A DNA stretch of 64,000 nucleotides from Candidatus Poribacteria bacterium (GTDB lineage Bacteria; Poribacteria; WGA-4E; PCPOR2b). Location: positions 2,272,001 through 2,336,000 of the forward strand of contig OZ244042.1 in assembly GCA_965215015.1 (NCBI GenBank), read 5' to 3'. This document shows, piece after piece, positions 38,412 through 48,338 of this stretch (position 1 is its first letter; every line of letters begins with the position of its first letter). The translations under genes and the position numbers were made by a program. Below the pieces are notes generated by a model. That model was not told where the DNA came from. It saw only the letters and a list, made by a program, of their open reading frames with translations, and searched no databases.

Positions 38412-38440
38412 TTGACATCTATAGCACAATAGCGTAAAAT
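38412..38440 (+). promoter_or_regulatory. Sigma70 promoter
   Basis: TTGACA-N17-TAAAAT. Confidence 0.7.
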
Positions 38441-38505
38441 TAACTAAGATTTGACGGTTCTAAGAGTGTTGAATAGCTGCAACTTCAAAAAAGGAGAGAC
38501 ACATC

Positions 38506-39258
38506 ATGAAAATCCAATCACTTTTTACCCTGTTGCTGGCATGTGCATTCGCTTTTCTGAGCGTATATCCGGCGGATGCCGTCATCTACGGCAAACGAGG
38601 GGACGACGAAGCCACCATCCCTTGGGCAGAAGGAATCAAGCATTGGGAACCGGGGCCCGGTGCACAGGCAGAAGTTAAAGGAGATGTACTTGAGCTGCAA
38701 TCTCAAGGGAACACCGGGCTCTTTTTCAATCACCCGGACGTCACCCCTGCAGAGTTGACTGACTATGAGTTAGAAGTGTCTGCGCGAAAAATCGGAGACG
38801 ATAGCAAATACTTCCATCTCTTTACCCGGACCGTTGTACCGACCAAAGACTTCTATTTTGTCGAGGTCAGCTACAACTCCAACACCATCTCAATGTATGA
38901 ATTTAACGACGGTGCAGCCCATGAAATTACCCCCGGCGGTAACGCTGGACGCCCCAAACGACCTGATTCAAAGGACACCAAGGGCGGCGAGCACTATGTT
39001 CTCACATTTTCGGTTGAAAAGAATATCCTCAAGTACTCCGTTGATGGTAGATTATCAATCGTCGTGCAAAACAATAAATGGGCAAAAGGCCCTCCAGGAA
39101 TTGGTGGACGTGGCGGCCAAGTGAATTACTATTGGGTCCGTGTTGATTCTTTGCCGGAGCAGGGATTGCAGAACATCCCCTCAACGGACAAACAATTGTC
39201 AGTCGATAGCGCGGGCAAGCTGGCCACAACGTGGGCAAAGCTGAAACGTGGTTTCTAA
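38506..39258 (+). CDS. Secreted beta-jelly-roll (ConA/DUF1080-like) protein with KLATxW-type C-terminal tail
   Basis: Signal peptide; TDYELEV, HYVLTFSVE..LKYSVDG and KGPPGIG strands; tail LSVDSAGKLATTWAKLKRGF. Confidence 0.75.
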   Translation: MKIQSLFTLLLACAFAFLSVYPADAVIYGKRGDDEATIPWAEGIKHWEPGPGAQAEVKGDVLELQSQGNTGLFFNHPDVTPAELTDYELEVSARKIGDDSKYFHLFTRTVVPTKDFYFVEVSYNSNTISMYEFNDGAAHEITPGGNAGRPKRPDSKDTKGGEHYVLTFSVEKNILKYSVDGRLSIVVQNNKWAKGPPGIGGRGGQVNYYWVRVDSLPEQGLQNIPSTDKQLSVDSAGKLATTWAKLKRGF

Positions 39259-39431
39259 GAATTAATATATTTCAGAGGGTGGGGCTGTGCAGGCCAGGCG
39301 GTCATCGGTTTGGCAAGCCAACTCCATCCCGATAGGCACAAGACGGGCGTGCCTTGGACATAGGGAAGCGAGTCCTTGAGCACCGGAGCGTGCCTGCTAC
39401 TATGTAAGAAAGACAAGGTCTCTAGCATAAC

Positions 39432-39469
39432 AGGGGTGGGGCATCAATGAATGTCTCGCCCCTTTTTTT
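39432..39469 (+). terminator. Intrinsic terminator
   Basis: AGGGGTGGGGCAT-loop-ATGTCTCGCCCCT followed by a T run. Confidence 0.65.
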
Positions 39470-39504
39470 ATCAAAAATCCTTTAGAGGCAATCCCCATTC
39501 CCCT

Positions 39505-39615
39505 CCGCTTTCGTTCTTGCCCTCCCCGCTAAATACCCGGCGGGTTGTCCGTTAGTTCCTCGCTCATTGAGCCTAGAAAGGTCTGATACCGTGTGGGTAT
39601 TTGGGGATTGGGGGA
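39505..39615 (-). repeat. Dispersed repeat family C copy
   Basis: Reverse complement of 18648-18780, but without the 34-bp GC-rich insert. Confidence 0.75.
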
Positions 39616-39617
39616 CT

Positions 39618-41540
39618 TTAACGATAGAACGAATAGACCTCAATCCCCCAAAAGACACGGATGAGCACCCAACCCCCACCGACTATATACTCTCCGAACA
39701 GCAACCCCAAGAAAAAAGGCAATGTCTTCCGATAGAGCCGAATCCCACCGACCTTCAACACCGTCGCTTTTACCGCCCAACTGATAAATACCGAAAACCA
39801 TACCCAGCCGAAAGTCCAAGGGCTGCTGGCAATCGCGTAACCAGCGGGATGGAAGGGCCACAGTGGAAAGCGCACACGAATCGCCCAGAGGAACCCGGTA
39901 AAGAGGAAGCCGACCCCCATAAAAAGCACTGCGGGCACATCGGTCCCCGTTGGATTGTAGAGCCAGTTCCGCATATTGGCATACGCCCCGTTTCCCAACC
40001 CCACATTAATATTATCGCCACCGCTGCTGTAGGCGAGCGTAAGGTATGCCCAAAAGGTGGTCAAGATACCCGCCACAGTCGCCAAAACCATTATACCAAT
40101 TAAGCGGCGATGCGCCATCTGCGTCGCGTCCGCTACCTTGAATGCTTCCAGTGTGTGTGGCATCGGGTGGGCGCGATAACCGCGGTTGAAGGTGTAGTAA
40201 AACCCCATCATAACCAAACTCGGCGGCGGAATTCGACGAGTACCGATTGCGTCTGTGATGAAAAGACGGGGATTGACAAGGAACATCTCATTCGTCGGCG
40301 GCCCCACTTCCGCGCGGATGCGCCCTACAGCAATGGCCAAAAGGTAGTAGGTCAGAAAGTAGAGACCCGCCATCCAGAGCGTCATCCCACCGTAGTAGGA
40401 AAAAGCGAATAAGAAGATTACCCCGCCCGTCAATCCCAACACCGCCCACCGATACTTCATCGGTTCGTTCTCTTCGCCGGGTTGATCGCGCCAAAGGTTC
40501 TTGAAGATCGAAATAAAGTAGCGGCGCCCGCCGTATAGGGCAAAACAGGCGATGGCGAAAAAGGCACCGATACTTTGGGGACCCTCATAGGGGAAGCCCG
40601 GAAAACTGGCAAGCCCCAACGCCCGTCCCAAGATACGCTCTGCCTTCCAAAAAAGAAAGAAAAACCACAGCGAGAAGGACATCTCCAGCGGCATCAGAAA
40701 CCCCAATCCAAGTCCGAAGGGTAGTGTATAGAGCGGTGTCCACCCCATCGCGTTCCACGGCTTTTCGGTGAAGAACTGACCTATCTCCGCTTTGCGCACG
40801 GGGATCTCCGGGAACGCAGGAAACAAGACATGCAGGCCGTTGATTAGGTCAATACCGCCTGCAACAGCAAAACCAAGCCACATCATTTTAGATTTGAAAA
40901 GCGTCCCATCGGAGCGGGTCATCTCCAACGGCAGCTGAACGATTGGATACGCCAGCCGCTCTCTGACAATCCACTGCCGTCGCAGGATGGCATCCATACA
41001 AATCATCACCCAGATCAGAACCGATAAAAGCACTGTCCACCACAAAATCGGGCGTAGCCACGGTTGGAAGTGTGCTCTTGTATAGGGGGTACTCTGCCCC
41101 TCATAGAAATCGAGCAGGCTTAATGGATCTCTCACCGTCAACCACGGGGGCAGGTATCGCCAGAAAAGTGCCTTCCATTCGTTCTCAGGGGTGGCGAACC
41201 AAAAACCGTGCGGAAGAGTCGGCACGACAGTTTGCATAACATCGTGACCCGCAATTGCTGAGGAGATCGAGAGCATCATATAGATAGTCATGAGCTCCCC
41301 TTGTTGCAGCACGAAACGCGGGAGAAAACGCTTGATCAGCGAGTTTATGATGATCAACACCGTAAGGCTGATAACCACGTTGTAGATCAGCGACATCGTT
41401 GTGGCCAGTGTGCCGATGTACTTGACCTCGTTCGTGATAATAAAATAGGTGTTGACCGGCATCAGTGCCAATGCAAGTATGACCGCACGAAACGTTAATC
41501 CTGTGTGTGGGGTTTTACTACCAATTGATTGTTCAGTCAT
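39618..41540 (-). CDS. Large polytopic membrane protein (DUF6785/DUF6784-type, putative transporter)
   Basis: About 15 TM segments; LRRQWIVRERLAYPIVQLP, RIRAEVG, WPFHPAGY and GGIRLYRKTLPFFLGL motifs. Confidence 0.75.
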   Translation of the reverse strand: MTEQSIGSKTPHTGLTFRAVILALALMPVNTYFIITNEVKYIGTLATTMSLIYNVVISLTVLIIINSLIKRFLPRFVLQQGELMTIYMMLSISSAIAGHDVMQTVVPTLPHGFWFATPENEWKALFWRYLPPWLTVRDPLSLLDFYEGQSTPYTRAHFQPWLRPILWWTVLLSVLIWVMICMDAILRRQWIVRERLAYPIVQLPLEMTRSDGTLFKSKMMWLGFAVAGGIDLINGLHVLFPAFPEIPVRKAEIGQFFTEKPWNAMGWTPLYTLPFGLGLGFLMPLEMSFSLWFFFLFWKAERILGRALGLASFPGFPYEGPQSIGAFFAIACFALYGGRRYFISIFKNLWRDQPGEENEPMKYRWAVLGLTGGVIFLFAFSYYGGMTLWMAGLYFLTYYLLAIAVGRIRAEVGPPTNEMFLVNPRLFITDAIGTRRIPPPSLVMMGFYYTFNRGYRAHPMPHTLEAFKVADATQMAHRRLIGIMVLATVAGILTTFWAYLTLAYSSGGDNINVGLGNGAYANMRNWLYNPTGTDVPAVLFMGVGFLFTGFLWAIRVRFPLWPFHPAGYAIASSPWTFGWVWFSVFISWAVKATVLKVGGIRLYRKTLPFFLGLLFGEYIVGGGWVLIRVFWGIEVYSFYR

Positions 41541-41600
41541 AATAAGAGTTCATGAGTCCATTGGTTCACGCAATGGAGCGCAAAACCGCCCCCTCTCCGC

Positions 41601-42022
41601 CCCTCCCCCTGTTGCGGGGGGATTGAGGGGGGTGCCTTCCCTCCCCCTGTTGCGGGGGGATTGAGGGGGGTGCCTCCCCTCCCCCTGCTTGCGAGGGGAT
41701 TGAGGGGGGTGCCTCCCCTCCCCCTACTTACGTGGAGACTGAGGGGGGTGCCTTCCCTCCCCCTACTTACGTGGAGACTGAGGGGGGTGCCTTCCCTCCC
41801 CCTGCTTGCGTGGAGACTGAGGGGGGTGCCTTCCCTCCCCCTGCTTGCGTGGAGACTGAGGGGGGTGCCTTCCCTCCCCCTGCTTGCGGGGGGACCGAGG
41901 GGGGCGCCTCCCCTCCCCCTACTTACGTGGAGACTGAGGGGGGTGCCTCCCCTCCCCCTGTTGCGGGGGGATTGAGGGGGGTGCCTTCCCTCCCCCTGCT
42001 TGCGGGGGGACCGAGGGGGGTG
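41601..42022 (+). repeat. Tandem array of 11 GC-rich palindromic units of 38-39 bp
   Basis: Unit CCCTCCCCCTGCTTGCGGGGGGATTGAGGGGGGTGCCTT with about 5 variants and no spacers. Confidence 0.92.
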
Positions 42023-42068
42023 AGGCTAGAGAGTGAGAGAGGATTCGACAGCACCAGCATACTGGTGA

Positions 42069-42854
42069 TTATGCGAGTGCCTTCAGGCGGTCGTTATCAA
42101 TCGGTTGTAGCGGTGTGAAATCGCGGTTGTTGTGATACCAGGCACGCTCCGTGCCCGTACAAGCGTTGCTGACAGCATTATAGTTCAAATACATAATCGC
42201 GCGTTGCCAAGGAGAGACATTGTTGGCTGAACCGTGTACGACATTGCAATGGCAAAAGCAGACAGATCCTGCGGGCCCTATCAATGCTTCGATACCACTT
42301 GCTCCAGCCAGCTGCTCTAGGGTGGGATGATCAATATGGTGCAAGGCATACCCCTTCGCGTCCTTATGGGGTGTGGAGTCGAGGAGGCCATACGTATGTG
42401 AGCCCGGCACGACCAGTAACGGCGACGTAACCGCTGTGCAATCGTCTATAAACACGGAGGCCATAATACACTTCGGTTCCGTCATCCCGTCAATGCGATG
42501 CCACGGTGGGAAATCTTGGTGCCAGTCCCAAGACGCACCACCCCCAAAGCCCTGTTTGGGATTGAGACGGCTCTGATGGAGATACACATCATCAGCCAAC
42601 AGTTGGCGGACCGGGTTCAGTAGGCGTGGAAGCAGCGGGAGATACCGGAACGGTTCAGAGTAGACATGCGCTCCAAAGGCAAGCCTGACGGAGTTCGGAT
42701 CATCTTTCTCAGGTATTACCTCCGGGCCCCGGCGACTGAGGATTTGCGGCATCGCCCGCTGCAAAATCTTCACCTCATCGGCCTCTAGTAGACTTGGAAA
42801 AAGCAGGTAGCCCTGTTGATTGAAGCGGGCGATTTGGGCGTCGTTCAGTCTCAT
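42069..42854 (-). CDS. Phytanoyl-CoA dioxygenase family 2OG-Fe(II) oxygenase (ectoine/proline hydroxylase-like)
   Basis: YLHQSRLNPK, WHQDF, VPGSH and HGSANN...R motifs. Confidence 0.9.
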   Translation of the reverse strand: MRLNDAQIARFNQQGYLLFPSLLEADEVKILQRAMPQILSRRGPEVIPEKDDPNSVRLAFGAHVYSEPFRYLPLLPRLLNPVRQLLADDVYLHQSRLNPKQGFGGGASWDWHQDFPPWHRIDGMTEPKCIMASVFIDDCTAVTSPLLVVPGSHTYGLLDSTPHKDAKGYALHHIDHPTLEQLAGASGIEALIGPAGSVCFCHCNVVHGSANNVSPWQRAIMYLNYNAVSNACTGTERAWYHNNRDFTPLQPIDNDRLKALA

Positions 42855-42941
42855 GGTATCTATTCCGTATACCGAGAATTACTATTAGCCCCATCCTCAC
42901 AAAGGAAGAGACTGGGGAGGTTCAACCTCCCCAACCTGTTT

Positions 42942-44021
42942 TCACCGTTGACTCTTTAACGCGCCCCATTTCGTAGCTAACTTTTCCCGTGGATCAACCG
43001 AGAATTTCGCAGGGAAGGGCCAACCGGGTGGCTGATAGACCTCATTTTCTATCTCCTGTGCACCCGCACCGCCGTTCCAACCGCCAATGGTATAGATCTT
43101 TCCATTGGTGACAGCGACTCCAAAACTTCCCCTCGCAGTGGGCATCGGGTCCATGCGACGGAATTTATCCTCCTCTGGCGAGTATTCCCAGACATCGTGG
43201 TAAAAGACAAGATCCGGATCGTTGCCGCCCCCCTTAATTCCGCCTTTGCCCTTAAATTTCTCACCGCCCATGACATAAATTTTACCGCTATTGACAAAGG
43301 CGGCAGCGAAATTGTGAACGGGCCTCTGTATCTTTGCTTTGGGGGCCCATGTTTCTGTTTTGGTATCGTATTCGTCCACGTCCGTGGTTGACTCCTTATG
43401 GGTGAAATCGGTCGCGCCGCCAAAGATATAGATTTTCCCTTTGCCCGGCACAGCGGCACCCGCCGCTCCCCATCTTGGATTCGGCATGTCCTTTTTCTGC
43501 TCCCAAGTGTCGGTCACGGGGTTGTATACCTCGATCGCCGGAGACGGGAAAAAGACATCGGTTGCACCACCAACAGTATAAATCTTGCCACTCAACACGA
43601 CGGTTACCGGAGCGATTCGCGGCGTTGGCATGTCCGCTTTCCTCGACCAGGTGTCCGTCTTCGGGTCATACATTTCTACCGCTGCCACAGGTGCAATTCC
43701 GTCACGGGTCCCACCGATGACATAAACCTTCCCATCGTAAGAGACGGCGGTGTGACGCACCCGACCTGTAGGTATCGGCTTCTTTTCGACCCAGCTATCC
43801 TTATCTATGTTGTACTCTTCATTTTTGGAGATCTGGGGTGTATCATCTTGTCCGCCGATGGCGTAAACCTTGTTACCGACAGCGGCGGCTTCGACTCCCC
43901 ATCTATGCGTTGGCATCGGCTTCAATTTACGCCAGGCTGCGGAGCTGACCGTAGTGAAGCAAAAACTAAACAGTCCACATAGGATCAACCCTGCTAACAT
44001 TTGATAGCTTGTTCGCTTCAT
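42942..44021 (-). CDS. Secreted Kelch-repeat beta-propeller 1 with C-terminal tail
   Basis: Signal peptide; six GKIYxxGG...EYD...W repeats; tail FSVDPREKLATKWGALKSQR. Confidence 0.92.
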   Translation of the reverse strand: MKRTSYQMLAGLILCGLFSFCFTTVSSAAWRKLKPMPTHRWGVEAAAVGNKVYAIGGQDDTPQISKNEEYNIDKDSWVEKKPIPTGRVRHTAVSYDGKVYVIGGTRDGIAPVAAVEMYDPKTDTWSRKADMPTPRIAPVTVVLSGKIYTVGGATDVFFPSPAIEVYNPVTDTWEQKKDMPNPRWGAAGAAVPGKGKIYIFGGATDFTHKESTTDVDEYDTKTETWAPKAKIQRPVHNFAAAFVNSGKIYVMGGEKFKGKGGIKGGGNDPDLVFYHDVWEYSPEEDKFRRMDPMPTARGSFGVAVTNGKIYTIGGWNGGAGAQEIENEVYQPPGWPFPAKFSVDPREKLATKWGALKSQR

Positions 44022-44055
44022 CGTAATACCTCCTTGTTATTGCAAAACAGATTTG

Positions 44056-45126
44056 CTATTGATAGTTTTTAATCTCTCCCCATATCGTCGCTAGCTTGTC
44101 TTGGGGCTCGACCGAGAATTTCTCAGGGAAGGGCCAACCGGGCGGCTGATAAACGTGCATGCCATTTTCGTCACCGGCACCGCCCGCCCAGCCGGCGATG
44201 ACATAGATACGCCCATCCTCAACGGCAGATCCATAACTCGACTTTGCCTTGGGCATGGCTTGCATGCGACTCCACTTATCCTTTTCTGGTGAGTATTCCC
44301 AGACATCGTCATAGAAGGTCCAATCCGGGTCGTTAGCACCCCCATCAACGCCCCCTTTACCTTTCCATTTCTGACCGCCCATGACATAAATCATGCCACT
44401 GTTCACAAAGCTAGCGGAAAAATTATGAAGAGGCCGCTGCAACTTGGATTTGGGCGTCCAAGTCTCCGTTCTCGTATCGTATTCATCCACATCCGTGGTG
44501 GAGTTTTCGTGGGTGAAATCGGTTGCACCGCCAAAAATATAAATCTTCCCTTTGGTTGCGATGCCAGCACTAGCTGCCCCCCATCTTGGATTCGGCATAT
44601 CTGCCTTCTTCTCCCAAATGTCCGTCGTGGGGTTGTATACCTCGATCACCGGAGAGGGAAAGTAGAGGTCGGTTGCGCCGCCGATAACATAAATATTTGA
44701 ACTCATTGCGACCACCATCGGAGCAATCCTCGGGGTCGGCATATCCGCCTTCATTTTCCAGACATCGTTTTTGGGGTCATATTCCTCGACCCGCCCCACG
44801 GCACCAATCCCATCGAAGGTGCCCCCAAAGACATAAATCTTACCCTTGAAAGTGACCGCAGCGTGCCGCACTCGACCGCTCGGTATCTCCTTTCTCTCCT
44901 CCCATTTGCCCTGTCCTATATCAAATGCTTCTACTTTTGAAATCTTGGGGCTATCATCCTGTCCTGCGATGGCGTAAACTGTGCCACCGACAGCGGCAGC
45001 GGCTAACCCCCATCGACCCGTTGGGATAGGTCTCAACTCTCTCCAGGCTCCAAAGCCTGCCGCCGAAAAGCCGAACAGACTACATAACAACAATCCCGCT
45101 AACATTTGATATCTTGCCCGTTTCAT
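44056..45126 (-). CDS. Secreted Kelch-repeat beta-propeller 2
   Basis: Same architecture as propeller 1; tail FSVEPQDKLATIWGEIKNYQ. Confidence 0.92.
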   Translation of the reverse strand: MKRARYQMLAGLLLCSLFGFSAAGFGAWRELRPIPTGRWGLAAAAVGGTVYAIAGQDDSPKISKVEAFDIGQGKWEERKEIPSGRVRHAAVTFKGKIYVFGGTFDGIGAVGRVEEYDPKNDVWKMKADMPTPRIAPMVVAMSSNIYVIGGATDLYFPSPVIEVYNPTTDIWEKKADMPNPRWGAASAGIATKGKIYIFGGATDFTHENSTTDVDEYDTRTETWTPKSKLQRPLHNFSASFVNSGMIYVMGGQKWKGKGGVDGGANDPDWTFYDDVWEYSPEKDKWSRMQAMPKAKSSYGSAVEDGRIYVIAGWAGGAGDENGMHVYQPPGWPFPEKFSVEPQDKLATIWGEIKNYQ

Positions 45127-45151
45127 GTTACAGACCTCCTGTAAAAATTGA

Positions 45152-45271
45152 GACTCATGTTAAGAAATCGTGCAGCAGAAACCGTTAAAGCAGTAGGCAC
45201 GCTCCACGTGCCGTAAAATGAACCTATGAACCAATGGTTTTCGCGCTTCGCACTTTCTTTTAACATGAGTC
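45152..45271. mobile_element. MITE family B copy
   Basis: GACTCATGTTAAGAA...TTCTTTTAACATGAGTC; flanks AAAATTGA/AAGATTCA; internal GTAGGCACGCTCCACGTGCC. Confidence 0.7.
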
Positions 45272-45344
45272 AAGATTCAATTTGGCTCCCCTTCAGAGAA
45301 CCCGACGCTTTCCCGGTTGAGTGATAGTTGTCTCCAAAATAGAT

Positions 45345-45985
45345 GAGGGGTGCTCATAATTATTGGTTGTGTGTTTTCCTGCCCGCGGCGTGTGCCTACT
45401 CCCTTTTTCAGTTTGTAGTAGCGTGTTCATTGCGCGTCCCAACGGGTGATGAATCCCCCTACTACATACCTGAGGAGTATTCATACATAATTATCTGAAT
45501 CGCAGATGCAGCAGATGACACAGATACAGATATGAATCTCAGACGGTAGATGAGGCAAGAGCCCCCACCTACGGGGGGTGGAGATATTTTGTTTTTCGCC
45601 ATTATGATTGGGATTTTAGTTGTGTATTTTCCTTCCCGCGGCGTGTGCCTACTCCTTTTTTCAGTTTGTAGTAGCGCGTTCATTGCGCGTCCCAACGGGT
45701 GATTAATCCCCCTACTACATACCTGAGGGCTGCTCATAATTATTGTCTGAATCGCAGATGACACAGATACAGATATGAATCTCAGACGGTAGATGAGGCA
45801 AGAGCCCCCACCTACAGGGGGTGGAGATATTTTGTTTTTCCTAATGCCGTAACGATAGTGTGTTTTCCGGCCCGTGAATCGTGCCTACTCCTTTTTTTCA
45901 GTTTGTAGTAGCGCAATTCATTGCGCGTCCCAACGGGTGATTAATCCCCCTACTACATACCTGAGGGCTGCTCATAATTATTGTC
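45345..45985 (+). repeat. About 2.5-3 tandem units of about 240 bp, each with an inverted REP doublet (BIME-like)
   Basis: GTAGTAGCG..CATTGCGCGTCCCAACGGGTGAT.AATCCCCCTACTACATACCTGAGG at 45415, 45668 and 45905. Confidence 0.85.
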
Positions 45986-46026
45986 TTGTCTGAATCACGG
46001 AATTTAACGCAAAGTCACACCCCTTT

Positions 46027-46115
46027 CCCTCCCCGCTAAATACCCGGTGGGTTGTCCGTCAGTTCCTGGCTCATTGAGCCTAGAACGGTCTGATACCGTG
46101 TGGGTATTCGGGACT
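46027..46115 (-). repeat. Dispersed repeat family C copy
   Basis: Matches 39520-39605. Confidence 0.7.
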
Positions 46116-46132
46116 GAGTGGGGTTCTTGGAG

Positions 46133-47221
46133 CTACCGACGCCGTTTAATATCCCCCCATATCGTCGCTAGCTTGTCCTTGGGTGTGACCGAAAACGCTT
46201 TGGGGAAGGGCCAACCCTCAGGCGTATAGACTTCCGTCTCTCTCCGAGGGCCTCCGCCCCCGTGCCCACCGACCGCATAAATCTTCCCATTTAAGACAGC
46301 AGTTGCCAAAGTTGCCCGTGGGGTTGGCAGCTGATCCTTTAGCCTGGCCCATTTATTCTTCTCTAAGTCATATTCAAAGACAGTCCAATGCAAGATCCAC
46401 CCCTCAATCGGTTGACCATCTCTTTCGTTGCCGTTAAAGGTCCTCCCTCCAATGGCGTAAGCCTTTCCATTGTTGACAAAACCCACTGACATATCGTAAT
46501 AGGCGAGCGGCATGTTCGCTTTCTTGGTCCAAGTATCTGTCTTCGGGTCATATTCCTCGGTCAGGTCAGTATACTTTTGATGGGTGTTATCCACAGCACC
46601 GCCACAGATGTAAATCTTACCCCTAGCCGAAAAAACACCCGCACCCCATCTTGGGTTAGGCATATCCGCCTTCTTCTCCCATGTGTCGGTTACAGGGTCA
46701 TAGACCTCGACAGCAGCAGAGGGGAAAAAGAAGGAGTCCGCGCCACCGATGACATAAATCTTGCCACCCACTACCGCGGTAAGCGTTGACATCCTCGGGG
46801 TGAGCATATCCGCTTTGGCAGTCCATGTATCTGTCTTGAGATCGTATTCATCTACCAACGGAACCGCTTGGAAATTATCCTCCGTTCCCCCAAAAGCGTA
46901 AATCTTCCCTCTGACGAGGGCACTACTTACCCGAAATCTGCCTCGCTGCCATTTCTGTTTTACCTCCCACGCATCACGCACGGGATCATATTCTCCCACA
47001 AATCTACCCGGAGGTTTCAAATCATCCTGCCCGCCAAAGCCGTAAAGCTTATCGTTAAACGCTTCGACGCCTAACCCCCAGATACCTACAGCACGCGGGC
47101 CTAATTGTGGCAGATTGACTTTTTTCTCCCATTCTCCCGCGAAGCTGACCGCTGAAAAGCCGAACAGTCCGCACACTATCAAGCTTGTTAAAATGCTATA
47201 TGTAATATCGTGTTTTCTCAT
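46133..47221 (-). CDS. Secreted Kelch-repeat beta-propeller 3
   Basis: AGGAG RBS, signal peptide, six Kelch repeats, tail FSVTPKDKLATIWGDIKRRR. Confidence 0.92.
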   Translation of the reverse strand: MRKHDITYSILTSLIVCGLFGFSAVSFAGEWEKKVNLPQLGPRAVGIWGLGVEAFNDKLYGFGGQDDLKPPGRFVGEYDPVRDAWEVKQKWQRGRFRVSSALVRGKIYAFGGTEDNFQAVPLVDEYDLKTDTWTAKADMLTPRMSTLTAVVGGKIYVIGGADSFFFPSAAVEVYDPVTDTWEKKADMPNPRWGAGVFSARGKIYICGGAVDNTHQKYTDLTEEYDPKTDTWTKKANMPLAYYDMSVGFVNNGKAYAIGGRTFNGNERDGQPIEGWILHWTVFEYDLEKNKWARLKDQLPTPRATLATAVLNGKIYAVGGHGGGGPRRETEVYTPEGWPFPKAFSVTPKDKLATIWGDIKRRR

Positions 47222-47238
47222 GAGCAACTCCTAGTTTT

Positions 47239-48318
47239 TTATTGACTACGTTTAATTTTTCCCCATATCGCCGCTAGCTTGTCTTGAGGATCGACCGAAA
47301 AGCCGGCGGGGAAGGGCCAACCGTCGGCGGTGTATACCTCTGTAATTCCGGGGATGCCATTATGCCCCGCGATGGCATAAATCTTCCCATCTAGAACGGT
47401 TGAGGCTAAGCTCGCCCGTGGGGTTGGCATCTGATCCTTTAACCTGGCCCATCTATTCTTCTCCAAGTCGTATTCAAAAACGGTCCAATGATAGGTCCAA
47501 CCGTCAATTAGGCGTCCATCTCTGTCGTTACCGTCAAATGTCCTGCCCCCGATGGCATAAGCCTTTCCACTGTTGACAAAGCTCACCGCCATATCGTAAT
47601 AGGCGACTGGCATGTCTGCTTTCTCCGTCCAGGTGTCCGTCTTCGGATCGTATTCTTCCGTCAGGTCGGTATACTTTTGATGGCTCTGATCCACGGCACC
47701 ACCACAAACGTAAATCTTCCCCCTAGCAGCAAAAACGCCCGCCCCCCATCTCGGGTTAGGCATATCTGCCTTCTTCTCCCATGTGTCGGTTACGGGGTCA
47801 TATACTTCGACAGCGGCTGACGGAAAGTAGAAGGATTCCGCACCGCCAATGACATAAATCTTCCCACCCACCACGGCGGTTGCTGTCATCATTCTGGCGG
47901 TTGGCATATCGGCTTTAGGGGTCCACGTGTCCGTCTTCGGGTCGTACTGGTCCAAGAATGGGACCGCCTGAAAATTATCCTCTGTTCCTCCAACGGCATA
48001 GATTTTCCCTCTCACCAAAGCACTGCCCAACCGAAATCTGCCCCTTGGCCATTTCTTAAGTCTAATCCATTTGTCTCGATCTGGGTCGTATACATGCACC
48101 AATTTGCCCGCAGGCTGCAAATCATCTTGTCCGCCAAAGACATAAATTTGCCCATTGACCGCCTCGGCACCCAACCACCAAGCACCGCCTGAAATAGCAC
48201 CCATTTTGGGCAGCGTGGCTTTCTCTTCCCATTTTCCCCCCAAAGCCATTGTCGACAACCCAAATATTCCACACGCTACCAATCCCGGTATCAGGTAATG
48301 TAGTATCCGATGCTTCAT
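47239..48318 (-). CDS. Secreted Kelch-repeat beta-propeller 4
   Basis: GGAGG RBS before ATG 48318; tail FSVDPQDKLAAIWGKIKRSQ. Confidence 0.92.
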   Translation of the reverse strand: MKHRILHYLIPGLVACGIFGLSTMALGGKWEEKATLPKMGAISGGAWWLGAEAVNGQIYVFGGQDDLQPAGKLVHVYDPDRDKWIRLKKWPRGRFRLGSALVRGKIYAVGGTEDNFQAVPFLDQYDPKTDTWTPKADMPTARMMTATAVVGGKIYVIGGAESFYFPSAAVEVYDPVTDTWEKKADMPNPRWGAGVFAARGKIYVCGGAVDQSHQKYTDLTEEYDPKTDTWTEKADMPVAYYDMAVSFVNSGKAYAIGGRTFDGNDRDGRLIDGWTYHWTVFEYDLEKNRWARLKDQMPTPRASLASTVLDGKIYAIAGHNGIPGITEVYTADGWPFPAGFSVDPQDKLAAIWGKIKRSQ

Positions 48319-48338
48319 GATATACACCTCCATCTTTT

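Noticed and set aside
41601-42022. CRISPR array
   Set aside because: Units abut with no unique spacers and no cas genes are present. The ORFs at 41449, 41661 and 41732 are by-products of the repeat.
42069-42854. Assigning the symbol ectD
   Set aside because: WHQDF rather than the EctD WHSDF signature and no ect genes nearby, so it is left as PhyH family.
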